A stretch of 63,991 bases of DNA, counting the filler, from Piptocephalis cylindrospora (Eukaryota), in NCBI GenBank assembly GCA_003614145.1. It is 6 parts of 6 records of this genome, joined end to end, with 100 filler letters (N's around TTAATTAATTAA, not from the genome) between each part and the next. Parts side by side here need not be neighbours in the genome. Positions count along the whole stretch, not along the records: positions 1 to 10,726 come from KZ988022.1; positions 10,827 to 21,522 come from KZ988023.1; 4 more parts are not named here. One strand, given 5' to 3'. The notes beneath the pieces were generated by a model. The model was given only the letters and a program-made list of their open reading frames with translations, searched no databases and had not been told where the DNA came from. This document shows positions 1-10,883 of the stretch, one piece after another (position 1 is the first letter of the stretch; the number at the start of each line of letters is the position of its first letter). A program made the position numbers and the translations under genes.

Positions 1-341
1 CTGTGTCTGTCCTCCTATCAGGATCAACATCAACCTGGCCATTCTTGCCTCTTAGGCCCCCGTCTCCACCGGATCTGCGTCAAGCAAATGCCATACCCTC
101 ATGGTCCCTTGACTTCCCCACCTTGAACGTACATACGTTCCTCCCTTCCTCCCCACTGCCTCTTACCTACGTGGACGAGGTGATCCAACTAACCTCCCTT
201 TCACCCCTCCTCCTCCTCTGCCTTGCACCCTTTTACTTGGAGCACCGTGACCAGCTTTTCCCCCTTCTCCCCCTCTTCCCTTGCTTAAATCGTCTATTAT
301 CTGCATTCACCGCCACAGAGCACTCAACGTATATCGCACGG

Positions 342-3300
342 ATGGACACGACATCATCTGGGGGATCCTTCTTGTGTGAAGGTTGCAGACGGGAACCTGC
401 TACAGCGCTTATCGGGGCCATGCACGTTGGAGACGAGTGCCTTCCACTTTATCGACAGCCTCAGGGTCGGGGGACGCGAGCACGAGATCCCATCAAGGCC
501 CTACCCGGCCTGGATAGGGTAGTCATCAAGGTGGAATCGGAGGAGAGTGGGAATCTCGCGTCCTCCAAGAAAAAGATTCAAGGCAAGACAACTAGAACGA
601 AGAGTAAGGCAAAAAGGCCTGAGGTCACTAAGGCCAAGGCGGCTTCAAAGAAGATGGATCGACGCGAGGCGGAGACGCGCCCAAAGAACGATAATATGCC
701 CGAGGCCATTCTCTCTTCTTCTGAGAAAGAGGGCAGTGGATCTTCTCTCATGGGCTCGACAAGGACCGTAGTCACTCCCAAGAGCCCTATGAAGGACACG
801 AGTAGGGCGATGCCCCAGAAAGGTGGGTCACTGATTGTAGGACTAAGAGATGCCTTTTTGCCAATATCTCAACCCCCCACCCTCCTCCACCGTACCCATC
901 TAGTTTGTGAGAGCTGTGGTCAAACGGCCGATGCTTTACGCAAGGTAGGGGCCATCGAAGTATGCTCTGCATGTGCTGTCCTTTTTGGATCCAGTCGACC
1001 AACGAGCCAAAAGGTAACGACGATGAGGAATAAGGGACCAAGGAGCCGGGGCTTGTGTGTTGTCCTCATGAATACTCACATGACATGGATGAGGGTAGAG
1101 ATTACGGGTTAGTGAAGAGGGGAAAAAAGCAGGCCGGTCCCACGCCCGGTCGCCTATGAAATCGTCCAAGGATATGCTGTCTCCTCCAAGGGACTCCTCT
1201 CAGGTGTCCAATGGTACGTTCTTGAGGGGAAATAAACGAAGGAGCAGCGAATAACATGGCCCTCTCTTCCTAGATGGAGTTTCGATCCAAAGAAAACAAC
1301 CGACGGTGATGATTACAGGTTCTAAGATGATGCAAAAACAGTAAGTAACCCTTTCATTTTCCATTCCCCTTCTAGGATTGAATGTCTAACACTTCCCTTA
1401 CATCCCAGCGCATCCCTTCATCCTACTCCAGTCAACGAAAGGGTGACCAAGGTGGTAGTGCCCATGTCCGAGGAAAAGATGTGTGAATCGTGCGCCTGCC
1501 CCTACACTTCTTCCGAACCTGATGATTTTGCCTTTGATTTATGTTCTGAATGCGCCGGTCTGTTTGGCATTTGGCAGGAGAGGCAGGGTCGGGGGAAAAG
1601 GTCCTCTAGTATTGGAAGAATCACCACTCAGGGTAACCTCCCGACCTCCTCACTCCCATCTCCATCCAGAGACTCGTCTTTAGAGCCCCCTTCTCCAGCT
1701 GGGAGAGGGAAAAAGAGACCTTTATCAGGTAGATCATCGGATAGGTCTGCGACAAGTAGAGGCCAAATCGAGGCGGGTAAAGGAGGAAAGAGATCCAAAG
1801 AGGAGGGTGGTCCAAGGAGGAAATGCCATTCTTGCCGCCTTCTTTGCCCAGGGACTACTTTTATAGGGGCTCTGAGACTATGTCAGGACTGTGCCCCACT
1901 TTACCGTCCAGGTCGTGTAGTTCGTCGGCCCACCGTGGCCACCTCTCCTTCTCCGTCTTCATCCAAATCGGGTATGAATGGTTCACAGGAAGGGGATTCC
2001 CAATCAGGAGATTCCCTTATCCCACATTCTGAATGGAAGCCTCCTCAAGGTCCCCTGACCTCACGTGCCTCTGCCCTACCTCGTCTGGAGCTAACCCCTC
2101 TCTATTACATTCATTCTCCGTCAGGTAAGTGAATGTAGGAGTATGAGCCTCTGTCAAATTGCTTCTAGATGTTGATATACAAGCCTACCATGAGGTGTCA
2201 CGGCGCTAATCTCCGAACAATCATCCCTCTCAGATTTTTCTATTTCGGGGATAGATACGATTGCTAGATCGCATTGTCATCAGTGCCAGCGGGTCCTTAT
2301 CCTGGGCCGGTAAGTCCTCCTCACGTTCTCATACTGGCATAGATCCTAGGCGCAAAACTCAATCACCACGTCCTTCACTGAGCATTAGATTCTACTGTAC
2401 CTATTGTGAGAACTGCCCCTCCCCAAACAATTCCATTCGGCCGTTAAATCTATGCCTTCAGTGCTTTACCTACCGATTCCCGTGGGATCATGTCCATCCA
2501 AGATCTGGATTTGCCCGCCAAAACGTCCTTTCCGAATCCCTCCTCCCTTTTCATTTCACCATTCCCGGTGAGGTTGTCGAGTCTTTTGAGAAAGATAAGG
2601 TCTATTCGGGTTCACTGTCCAGTGGAAAATTGGGCAAAGCAGCCAATCCTACGGCAGATGAATCTATGGCAAGTAGTGATGCTGGTCATGCTTTTTTCCG
2701 GGCCTGGATGCAACGAAGACGGTGTGCTCTATGCAACGACGACACGGAGGAAGATGACTCGGGGAGGAACCCTTTTATTGGCACCCATCCCTTTCTCTAT
2801 TTCCCGGGTACCGAGGTGGATGGAGAGGAGGCAAGAGGTTTAGGTATCAGTATACCTGTCACAAGAAAAGACACCTTTTGGGTCCATGATAGATGTGCCC
2901 GTTTCTCTCCCGAGGTGTATCAAGCCATGGATGGGACCTGGTACAATGTAGCCGCCACGGTTCGGCGGGGCCGCACCCTTAAGTGCACTGAGTGCCACGA
3001 AAGAGGAGCAACCATTGGATGCTTTGAACCTAGCTGCAATCGAAGTTATCACATTGGCTGCACCCATCGCCCAATCGAGGAATTTCATGGAGGCGGGGTT
3101 TTTTGGTGCCAGAAGCATCAATGGATCCGGGACATTGGCATCGATGGATATGAAGAGCGCGTAACGTGCGACGGATGTCATTGTCTGGTACATGAGGAGT
3201 GGAAGTCATGCCTCAAGTGCAAGGGTCACCTGCAGTCTTACGACTTATGTCTTGATTGCTTTGATGTGTACCAGAATGACATGGGCGATCCCCATCCCCA

Positions 3301-6258
3301 TGATCCGTCCTGCTTTGCTCTGTGCGAACAGACTCTCTCGGATCGATGGGTCCGTATCGATTACCCATCAATAATTCCTACTGCGACACGCAAGGTAATT
3401 GAGGCCAAGAAGCCCAAGGTCCCCGCGTGTGCTTATTGTCATGCCACTGATGTTGGAGGATGGAGACGAGGTAAGTAAGCTGGGGATTGAGCTTGGACAG
3501 AGGTGTAAATCGCCATTTAGGCTCATTCCTACTATCCGTCTATGATCATCCACTTACCCCGTCTTTTTATCCCACCCACCCCCATAGGATTCCATGGGAT
3601 CCGATTGTGTGAATCCTGCTTTCATCTTGGTGTCCGAACCGAAGATGGCCCCGCTCGATTCAACGGGGGAAAGGGAAAGCCTGAGCGGGAGGATCCCAAC
3701 GAGTACAGTGCTGCTGTGGAGGATTATGCACACAAAAAGTACTTGACTCGTCAGGCCTGTTGGGAGGGAAGTGAAACCACCACTGAGTCCCTAGTCAACA
3801 CCGAGCTCAAGGAATTTGCCCCAAAGGTCTCCCAGCAATTTTCTCTCATCTTTTCATCCACTTATTATGACATTATCGGTCGAGCGCCTCGATGTAAGTT
3901 TCTTCTGCCTGAGAAAACGGCCTAACAAGACTATTCATATGGTTGCCTAACCACTTCCACTTGTGTCTGATACTCCCGAACGTAGGGGCTACACATTCCT
4001 CCGTAGATTTTCACGGTAAGTGCACCAAAGCCGCTAAGAGATATTTGGCTTCCTTTTTTAATTCCTCTAACATCGTATTGCATGCAACATATCCCACCAT
4101 TCTTTGATGTTTTCCCAGGCTCTTGGATCCCACAAATTGTTCGGCGAGCCCTAATTCGTTTTACCTTACCTGGGGATCTAGTTCTTTCTAATTTTTTGGG
4201 TCGTGGTAAGGCAGTTTGAGAGGACCGAGCCGTAAGAAATGGCTAAGAATCCCATAAGCTCATCTCTCTAATTATCTCACTGCCTCTCCTTTTTTTCCTA
4301 TATTCACTAGGAACGGATGCCATCGAATGTTTTCTTCTTCGTCGACGCTGTTATGGTATCGATATCAACCCAAGTGCCGTGGCCCTCTCCCAGTCCAATT
4401 GCTCCTTTGCCCTGCCTGAACGCTTTGGCTTTGACCGTACCGCCAGACCCATTCTACGTCTTGGAGATTCCCGTGCCTTAGACCCGGATATCTTTCCATC
4501 TGGCACCTACGATCACATTCTCTCACATCCGCCCTACAAGAATTGTATCCAGTATTCTGATCATATCGAAGGAGATATTTCCCGGTTTCCTCGAACCGAC
4601 GAGTTTTTGCGGGAGATGCTTCAGATTGCTACGGAATCCTGGAGGTGGGTTTGCTATTTGAGGAAGAGTATCTATGGTGTAAAATTGGTCCGAGATGGTT
4701 TGATCCGACTGACCCAGCTCACTTCCTTGATCCGTCGTGGTATAGGCTACTCAAACCGGGAAAATACCTCACTATGTGCATGGGTGATAATCGAGAGCAC
4801 TGCTTTTACGTGCCCCTTGGATTCGCTCTGATGGACACTTACGAGGAGGCAGGGTTCGTCATCGATGAAGTGGTAAGCTTTGCTTTCCCCAGGATAATTT
4901 TCTGTGATCTCTGAATGGAATTATTAAAATATCGACCTCATCACTCTAACCTACTCTACTCAATGAGAATAGATTTTGAAAAGGCAACGAAATTGCTCCC
5001 AGTATAATCTAGGCACCATCCTATCCATCCAATACGACTTCCTTGTATTTACACACGAATTCATCATTACCTTCCGGAAGCCTCATGAGAACGATCGTCC
5101 CCTTCCTCCCCCTTTGGAATGGCCTGGTAAGATTGGAAGGGGGGAGGGGAAATTTGACGCGCTTGTCTAAAGCCCTTTACCATCCCACAGTCATGCCCAA
5201 GATCGCGTCCAACTGCACAGAAAGGACCATCCCTGTTGCGCCCATCGATCGCAAAAGTGTAGCCATGGGAAGTGTCTGGGTCTTCCTCCCTCATGATCGG
5301 TATGGCTTCGTAGATCAGTGTGTCTCTCGGATCGTAAGTCTCAATGGGGAGGTGCTATAAAATGTAGCGAATTGGGTAGGCTCATTTGATTTAAATAATT
5401 CACGTCCCTCTCTTATTTGCAATGGTATAGGTGGAGCGCTTTGGGAGAGATAACGCCCGGTGGAGTAGGATGGACATTGCTGTAGAGATGGATTTGACGG
5501 AAGCACCTGATCTTCTAAATGATACGAATGCGCTAAACGGTCAACTGACACCAGAAGGGAGTGATGCCACAATGATTGATGTGGTAGGCATTGATGAAGA
5601 GGACCCTTTGGAAGGCCCTAGTAAGTCTCCCCCCTCCGTCCCGTCGCCTTCATTGAAACCATCAGCCTACGAGATGGAGAGAAAGAGGCGTGTGGAGGAG
5701 AACAATCGCCAAATGATTTCCTTAGGCATCCTCTCCGGACTCGGGGAGTATGCGGATGACGGACTTCATTTGGATCGTCTTCTGCGTCCCGACACCCCTA
5801 GTGATACCGAAGGTGATGACGCCCCCATGTCATTGGCCGTCATTCCCCATGTCAATGCCATGGACCTCTTTTCCCAATGCCCTCAAATCTTTCCTAGGTA
5901 CTTGGAGGAGATCGGGGATTTGGCCGTGCAAGCCCATGCCCGTCTAAGTCCCTCGGGGCTCTTGGTCATCGGAATCCAGGATATTCGAGAGATGCCCTCT
6001 GGGAAACTGCATGCCCTGGGACCTCGTGTCCTCCAGACGATTGGGTCTAGGTTAGCTGAACGACAAATGAAGCTCAAGGATCTAGTCATTGCGGTTCCCG
6101 ATGGTTATGAGCTTCGACCGGACATGGTCAGCCCCCCCATGGGTAAGCACGTGGAAGAAGAGTATTTACTCTCATCTGACGGATACACTAGGGCCCAGGA
6201 TCGGCATTTGCCCATTGTTCACGCGTACTACTTTGTGTACATGAAGCTGGAGGATTGA
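342..6258 (+). CDS. Multi-zinc-finger (4x Cys repeat, ZZ, ePHD, ZZ, GATA) amino-DNA methyltransferase with a second degenerate MTase domain, ~1578 aa, 14 exons
   Basis: Manually spliced GT-AG exons: 342-1013, 1099-1213, 1274-1340, 1409-2124, 2234-2309, 2389-3470, 3588-3893, 3986-4015, 4119-4205, 4311-4644, 4746-4872, 4973-5126, 5191-5333, 5431-6258. Total 4737 nt, junctions in frame. MTase reads WATHSSVDFHGSWIPQIVRRALIRFTLPGDLVLSNFLGRGT..GIDINP..GDSR..DHILSHPPY..LLKPGK..GDNR..THEFIITFRKP. The 5' exons are less certain than the MTase exons. Confidence 0.88.
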
Positions 6259-6526
6259 TGTGTCATGAGGAAAGAGACGATGTAACGTGCGTTGAAAATC
6301 CGACGAGAGTGAGATAGCTGTCTGGGTGTATTGGAGTAGGGCCTAAAATGAAGTGATGTTGAATTGATACAGAGAGAGAATAATGTAAAGGATCTTGTAG
6401 GCGTTCGTAATAAGGTACGTAAAGACGGTATGAACAGCGACCAAAGGAATATTTTCTACTAGTGCCACTCAAGACATTCCCCGTACAACTTATGCATATG
6501 CACCCCTCGTAACCCCCTCCCAGTAA

Positions 6527-9500
6527 TCAAACATGCAGGGTGGAGGTGACGGCTCGACGAAGGTAGACCTTGGTGGAGGAGGGGGACAGATCGTAGAAGA
6601 GCCGACGGGCAAGACGTTCGTGTAGCTTGTAACTCAGATCCCCACCACAGGTACGAAGTCTCTCCTCATCCGTAGCGGGGGTATTGACCTCTTCGGTCTC
6701 TTGTTCTCCCCCCTCACCCTCCGCCCCTTTCTTCATCAGGGACCCATTTTGGCCATAGACGCGGACCCAGTCATCCCAATAGAGGATGGTAGCATGTCGA
6801 ATGATCTCCAAGAGATCGATTCGCCCATCAATGCTCTTCACCGCCCCAGCCCCTGCTCCTTCTTCGTCTGTCTCTTCCTGAGTTTCTTCCCCGTCCGACA
6901 CGGCGGAGCCATATCCGGCGTCAGGGAGGCTACCCTGGGTCATCTCACCCTTCCCTTCCTCCTGATCCGCAATGGCCATGAGCGCCTCTACGGCAATTTG
7001 CCGTTCGGCCGGGTCCCGAATGACATCGAGAAGAACCTCGACGACAAAGGCAAAGCTAAACTCCTCCGCAGTCTTCTCACTCGTCGTGGGATCCCGAGGA
7101 AGGAGAGCATGCCTCACGCGAATCCCCATAGATCTGGCGAGGACGCCCCAGACTCTGGGGTAAAAGTGGGATGGGACACGATTAAGAGCCCCGTCCTTAC
7201 GACGCTGATAGATCCACCTTCCCTCTGAGGGACCCAACAAGGCCATGGCCATGACTCTTTTCTTTTCCAAGTCTTCTTTAGTAGCGTCTGTATTAGAAGG
7301 GAGGAGAGCATGAATGAGTCAATGAGTCCCAGAGAGCCTTGCTGTTGTTTCCCCTATGAAGACAATAATTGCTTACCAGAAGATTCTTGACCAGAATCAT
7401 GAGGAACATCGGTAGCCCTTTCCCCATCTTGCATCAACTCTTCAGTGGTGAGGAGGTTCACCTCAGCTCCAGATCCACGTGTAGGATGAAGAGTGAGCGA
7501 GAAGGGACCAAGCCGACCGGGTTTGAACTCTTCCTTCTGGACAATCTCATCCTTGCGCTCATCCCAGCCAAAGGAGGAGGTCAAAGAGAGTGAGGCAGAT
7601 GATTGAGAGACCCCGTCTACATGGCCCTTATTGAGCTCGCTAGGGGAGTAGGCCTCGGCAAGCGCCTTTCCCCCTTCCTGGCCCGGATGACCCTTTCTCC
7701 CAACAAAGCACCAGGCATCCCGATACCCTAGGGTCAGGGCCCTTTGACTTCCAAGGTCTTTATGCAAGGCCTCACGAGCTCCTTGACTCAGTGATTCAGC
7801 AGCCTCGTCCATCACCGCAAGGAGGAGTACCATGCCAGGACGAAGAGAATGGATGAGGGTCTCGAGTCTCGAGGATTCCTCCGGCTTCCCATGGGTATCG
7901 TATGCATCTACCATGACTACAGCTCCTTGGATTCCGTCGACCACGGCGACATTCAATCCACGCTTTCCCAAGGCCAGTTCCCTGCCTCCTACCGGAGAAC
8001 CAGAGGTGCCAAGCGCAACATCAGCCACGCTTTGCTTTCCCATCCGGATACTCACTTCATTACCTCCTCCAAACCCAGCTGACATGAGCTGAATGGCTAA
8101 GGCCCCGGGACCAGTGCCAAAAGAAAGGGTCCCACTGCGTTGCAACCGAAGTGCCCCAGTCCCGGGAGTAGAGATGGGACCTGGACCCCCTGACCTAGCT
8201 TCAAAATTCTCGAGTAAGGAAGCATAAACACTCCCTACCATTCCATCCTCCCCTTGGTCCTGACTGGAAGGTCTGGTTCGACGGACAGGACGACTAAGGA
8301 TGGCAAATACCAGGGCTTGAAGATCCGAGGGAGATGATTGGAATAGGGCCTCCAAGGCAGCCTCTTCATCCTCACATCCTTGACGGCGACCCACCTCTTC
8401 CCGAAGGGCAATGAGCACATAATGGGTCCGGAAGCGCATGATACCGGATAAGAGCTTAGGGGAACCTCGGGCCACATTGGCCAAGTATGTGAGGATCTCC
8501 TGGACCAGAGGGCCTTCCCGGACATCCTCAACACACCGTTCATAGATACGTCTAGCCAATTCGCGGGAGGAAAGAGGACCATCCACAGCCAACTCCCTTT
8601 CCCCGACACCCAAGGTAATATGCTTTTGACGGACCAGGAGATCACTCAAGGAAAGAGAGAGGCCATCCACTACCTTCCGGGCCAGACCAGCGGCCTGTCT
8701 CGCCGCTCCCCATGCCCTAACACGGGTGGCCTTACGATAGGCCTCCTCGATGGCCTCACCAATCGTCAGATCCGATTCCTGGCCATCCTGACGTACCTCC
8801 AAGACTTCATCGGATCCTAGGCAGGAGTGAAGGTAGTTGAGGAGGTCAAGTCGGTCATACAGACCTAGAGGAGGGGAGGAGGGAGCAAGAAGGAGAGCCC
8901 TGGCTGGCTCAACTTGAGAGGGATCCCCAAGAGTAAGAGACAGGCCCTCGAGGCCCTCCTCAACCTGGCCATCCCCCCCATCGGTGACGGAGGGGGGAAG
9001 GGTAGCGGAATTTCCGCCGTCCACTAAGATAGTATCGGGAACCTCGGCCCCTTTCTCTCCCGCTCCTTCATCCAGGGAGCTGTCATCGGCGCTGAAGGAA
9101 GTGGATATGAGATTTGTATCTTCCATTTCCTCGTTCAATACCTGAGTAGCCTTTTTTAGCTCCATATCCTGGCTAAGAACAACAACGGACCGAGAGTCCA
9201 ACGCTAGTGACTCTGGGTCATCCCTGTAGGAGGCACCCTCTGGACGTAGGACCGGAGAGGCCAAGCGAGACTTTGACCCAGACCGAGTGGTCCTTCTACT
9301 TTGACTCCGACCACGCCTGCTCCTTCCCGTCTCCATATCGGTCCTACGACCCCGGGGAGCCTGGTCATTCTCCTCATTCCACTCATCCTCAATTTCATCT
9401 TCATCCTCCTCATCTTCATCGTCTAAACCAAGCTGATCAATAGACTCAAAGGTTCCCCCAGCAGTGCTGGTCACACTGGATCGTCGGCGAGAGGGGAAAA

Positions 9501-10726
9501 GGGTACCGGAAGAGGAGATGTGGGAGGAAGAGGAGGCGCCCCAGGTCGCAGCCTCTTGCGCCTCACTCAAAATGGTACCGACAAGGGAGGCCATACCATG
9601 GGTGACGCCGACGCGCTCGGTAATGAAATCGAGAGACTCGACATTGGCCACGGGGATGACCTCGCGAAGTCGACTTAACCGTACACGTACCCCCTGACAC
9701 ACCCGTTCCTCTCGAAGGGAGACAACTAGACGCATGAGGGAGGCCTGAACCCGGTCCAATCCCCCATCCATCCGGGACATATCACTCGTAGGAGGAAAGG
9801 AGGAGTAATGAAAGGAGTCCGGGAGAGGCAGGCCACCTCTGGAGGATCCCTCTTGAATTTTTTTCTCTCGAGCCTTCCTTGCTTGGCGTTTGACTCCATC
9901 AATCATGGACCTGGTGAGCATGACGGTCATGACTGGCCGACCAAGACCACGCCAGTGGGCCCCGACAAAGGCCACTTCCTGCTCAAATAGAGAAACAAGA
10001 TAGTCATTGTCGGAGGAAAGGTAATAATGCTCTGCGTCCAAAAACCGGGGGGTAAAGGCATGGACACGACCCCCGGCACGATAAAGCTTACAGGTGCCCA
10101 GGGTGCCGACGGGACGAGTGGGCCTTCCACTCAGGCCTAGCTTGGAGTTCTCCCCCAGAAGACCGTAAACTTCACGTAGGGCCCGCTCACGCAGAACACG
10201 CACAGATCCGACTTGGCCCACCGTCTCGGTTTGGATGCCGACGCCAGAGAGGAAGGATTGAACAGTAGAGTCTTCGGCCAGAAGACACACTTGAAGGACC
10301 ACGCCATCCTTTCCCCTCCCGCCTCGGGAGAGGGGGCGATAGAGATGAGGGAAAGTAGAGGGACCTTGGAGGGAGGCGAGGGAGGTGTGGTTCTCGGTAG
10401 AGGCGATGTAGGAAGCAAGAGGGAGACGACGACCCAAAGGATCCAGTTCAGCCACTCCGACTAAACCCTCATCGACCAAGCACCCGAGAAAGTAGAGGGA
10501 ATTAGCCCAAACCAGAGGAAGGTTCTCATTTCTCACCCGATCCTGGCTATGGGGATTGGCCTTCTCCGCATCGACATTCTCATGAGGGACAAAGTAAAGC
10601 TCAGGGATGAGGGGGACAATATCCCCAGTTTCTTCATCCTTGGTCTGGACAATAAGGGGCTCCAGGGCCTCCTGATACTTTTTCTTCAACTCTTTATCCC
10701 CCGTAAAAATGCCATTGAGGATGAGG
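6527..10726 (-). CDS. Phosphorylase kinase regulatory alpha/beta-like (GH15-like) protein with an inserted ILEI/PANDER-like domain; 5'-truncated by contig end
   Basis: PhK-family motifs PLIPELYFVP..EKANPHSQDR..PLVWANSLYFLG.L..EGL...ELDPLGRR, KLGLSGRPTRPVGTLGTCKLY, and C-terminal W..QRRKDGALNRVPSHFYPRVW..DPAERQIAVEAL. An intron at 7288-7376 joins the 1111-aa and 247-aa ORFs in frame. Confidence 0.85.
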
Positions 10727-10826
10727 NNNNNNNNNNNNNNNNNNNNNNNNNNNNNNNNNNNNNNNNNNNNTTAATTAATTAANNNNNNNNNNNNNNNNNN
10801 NNNNNNNNNNNNNNNNNNNNNNNNNN
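10727..10826. other. Artificial 100-bp contig spacer (N44-TTAATTAATTAA-N44)
   Basis: Identical spacer occurs five times; the linker gives stops in all six frames. Confidence 0.97.
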
Positions 10827-10841
10827 GGGGGGGGGGGGGGG

Positions 10842-10883
<42 letters not shown>

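Noticed and set aside
3..341. N-terminal extension of the first ORF upstream of ATG 342
   Set aside because: No ATG start; the CT-rich sequence resembles the 5' leaders seen before other genes here.
10771..10782. Recurrent palindromic TTAATTAATTAA as a biological repeat or piggyBac target
   Set aside because: Always centred in N-runs of fixed length; it is an assembly linker.
10827..10881. Long G tracts (also ~32488-32510, 42897-43004, 53915-53969) as G-quadruplex elements
   Set aside because: All lie at or near contig ends where base calls are unreliable; lengths cannot be trusted.
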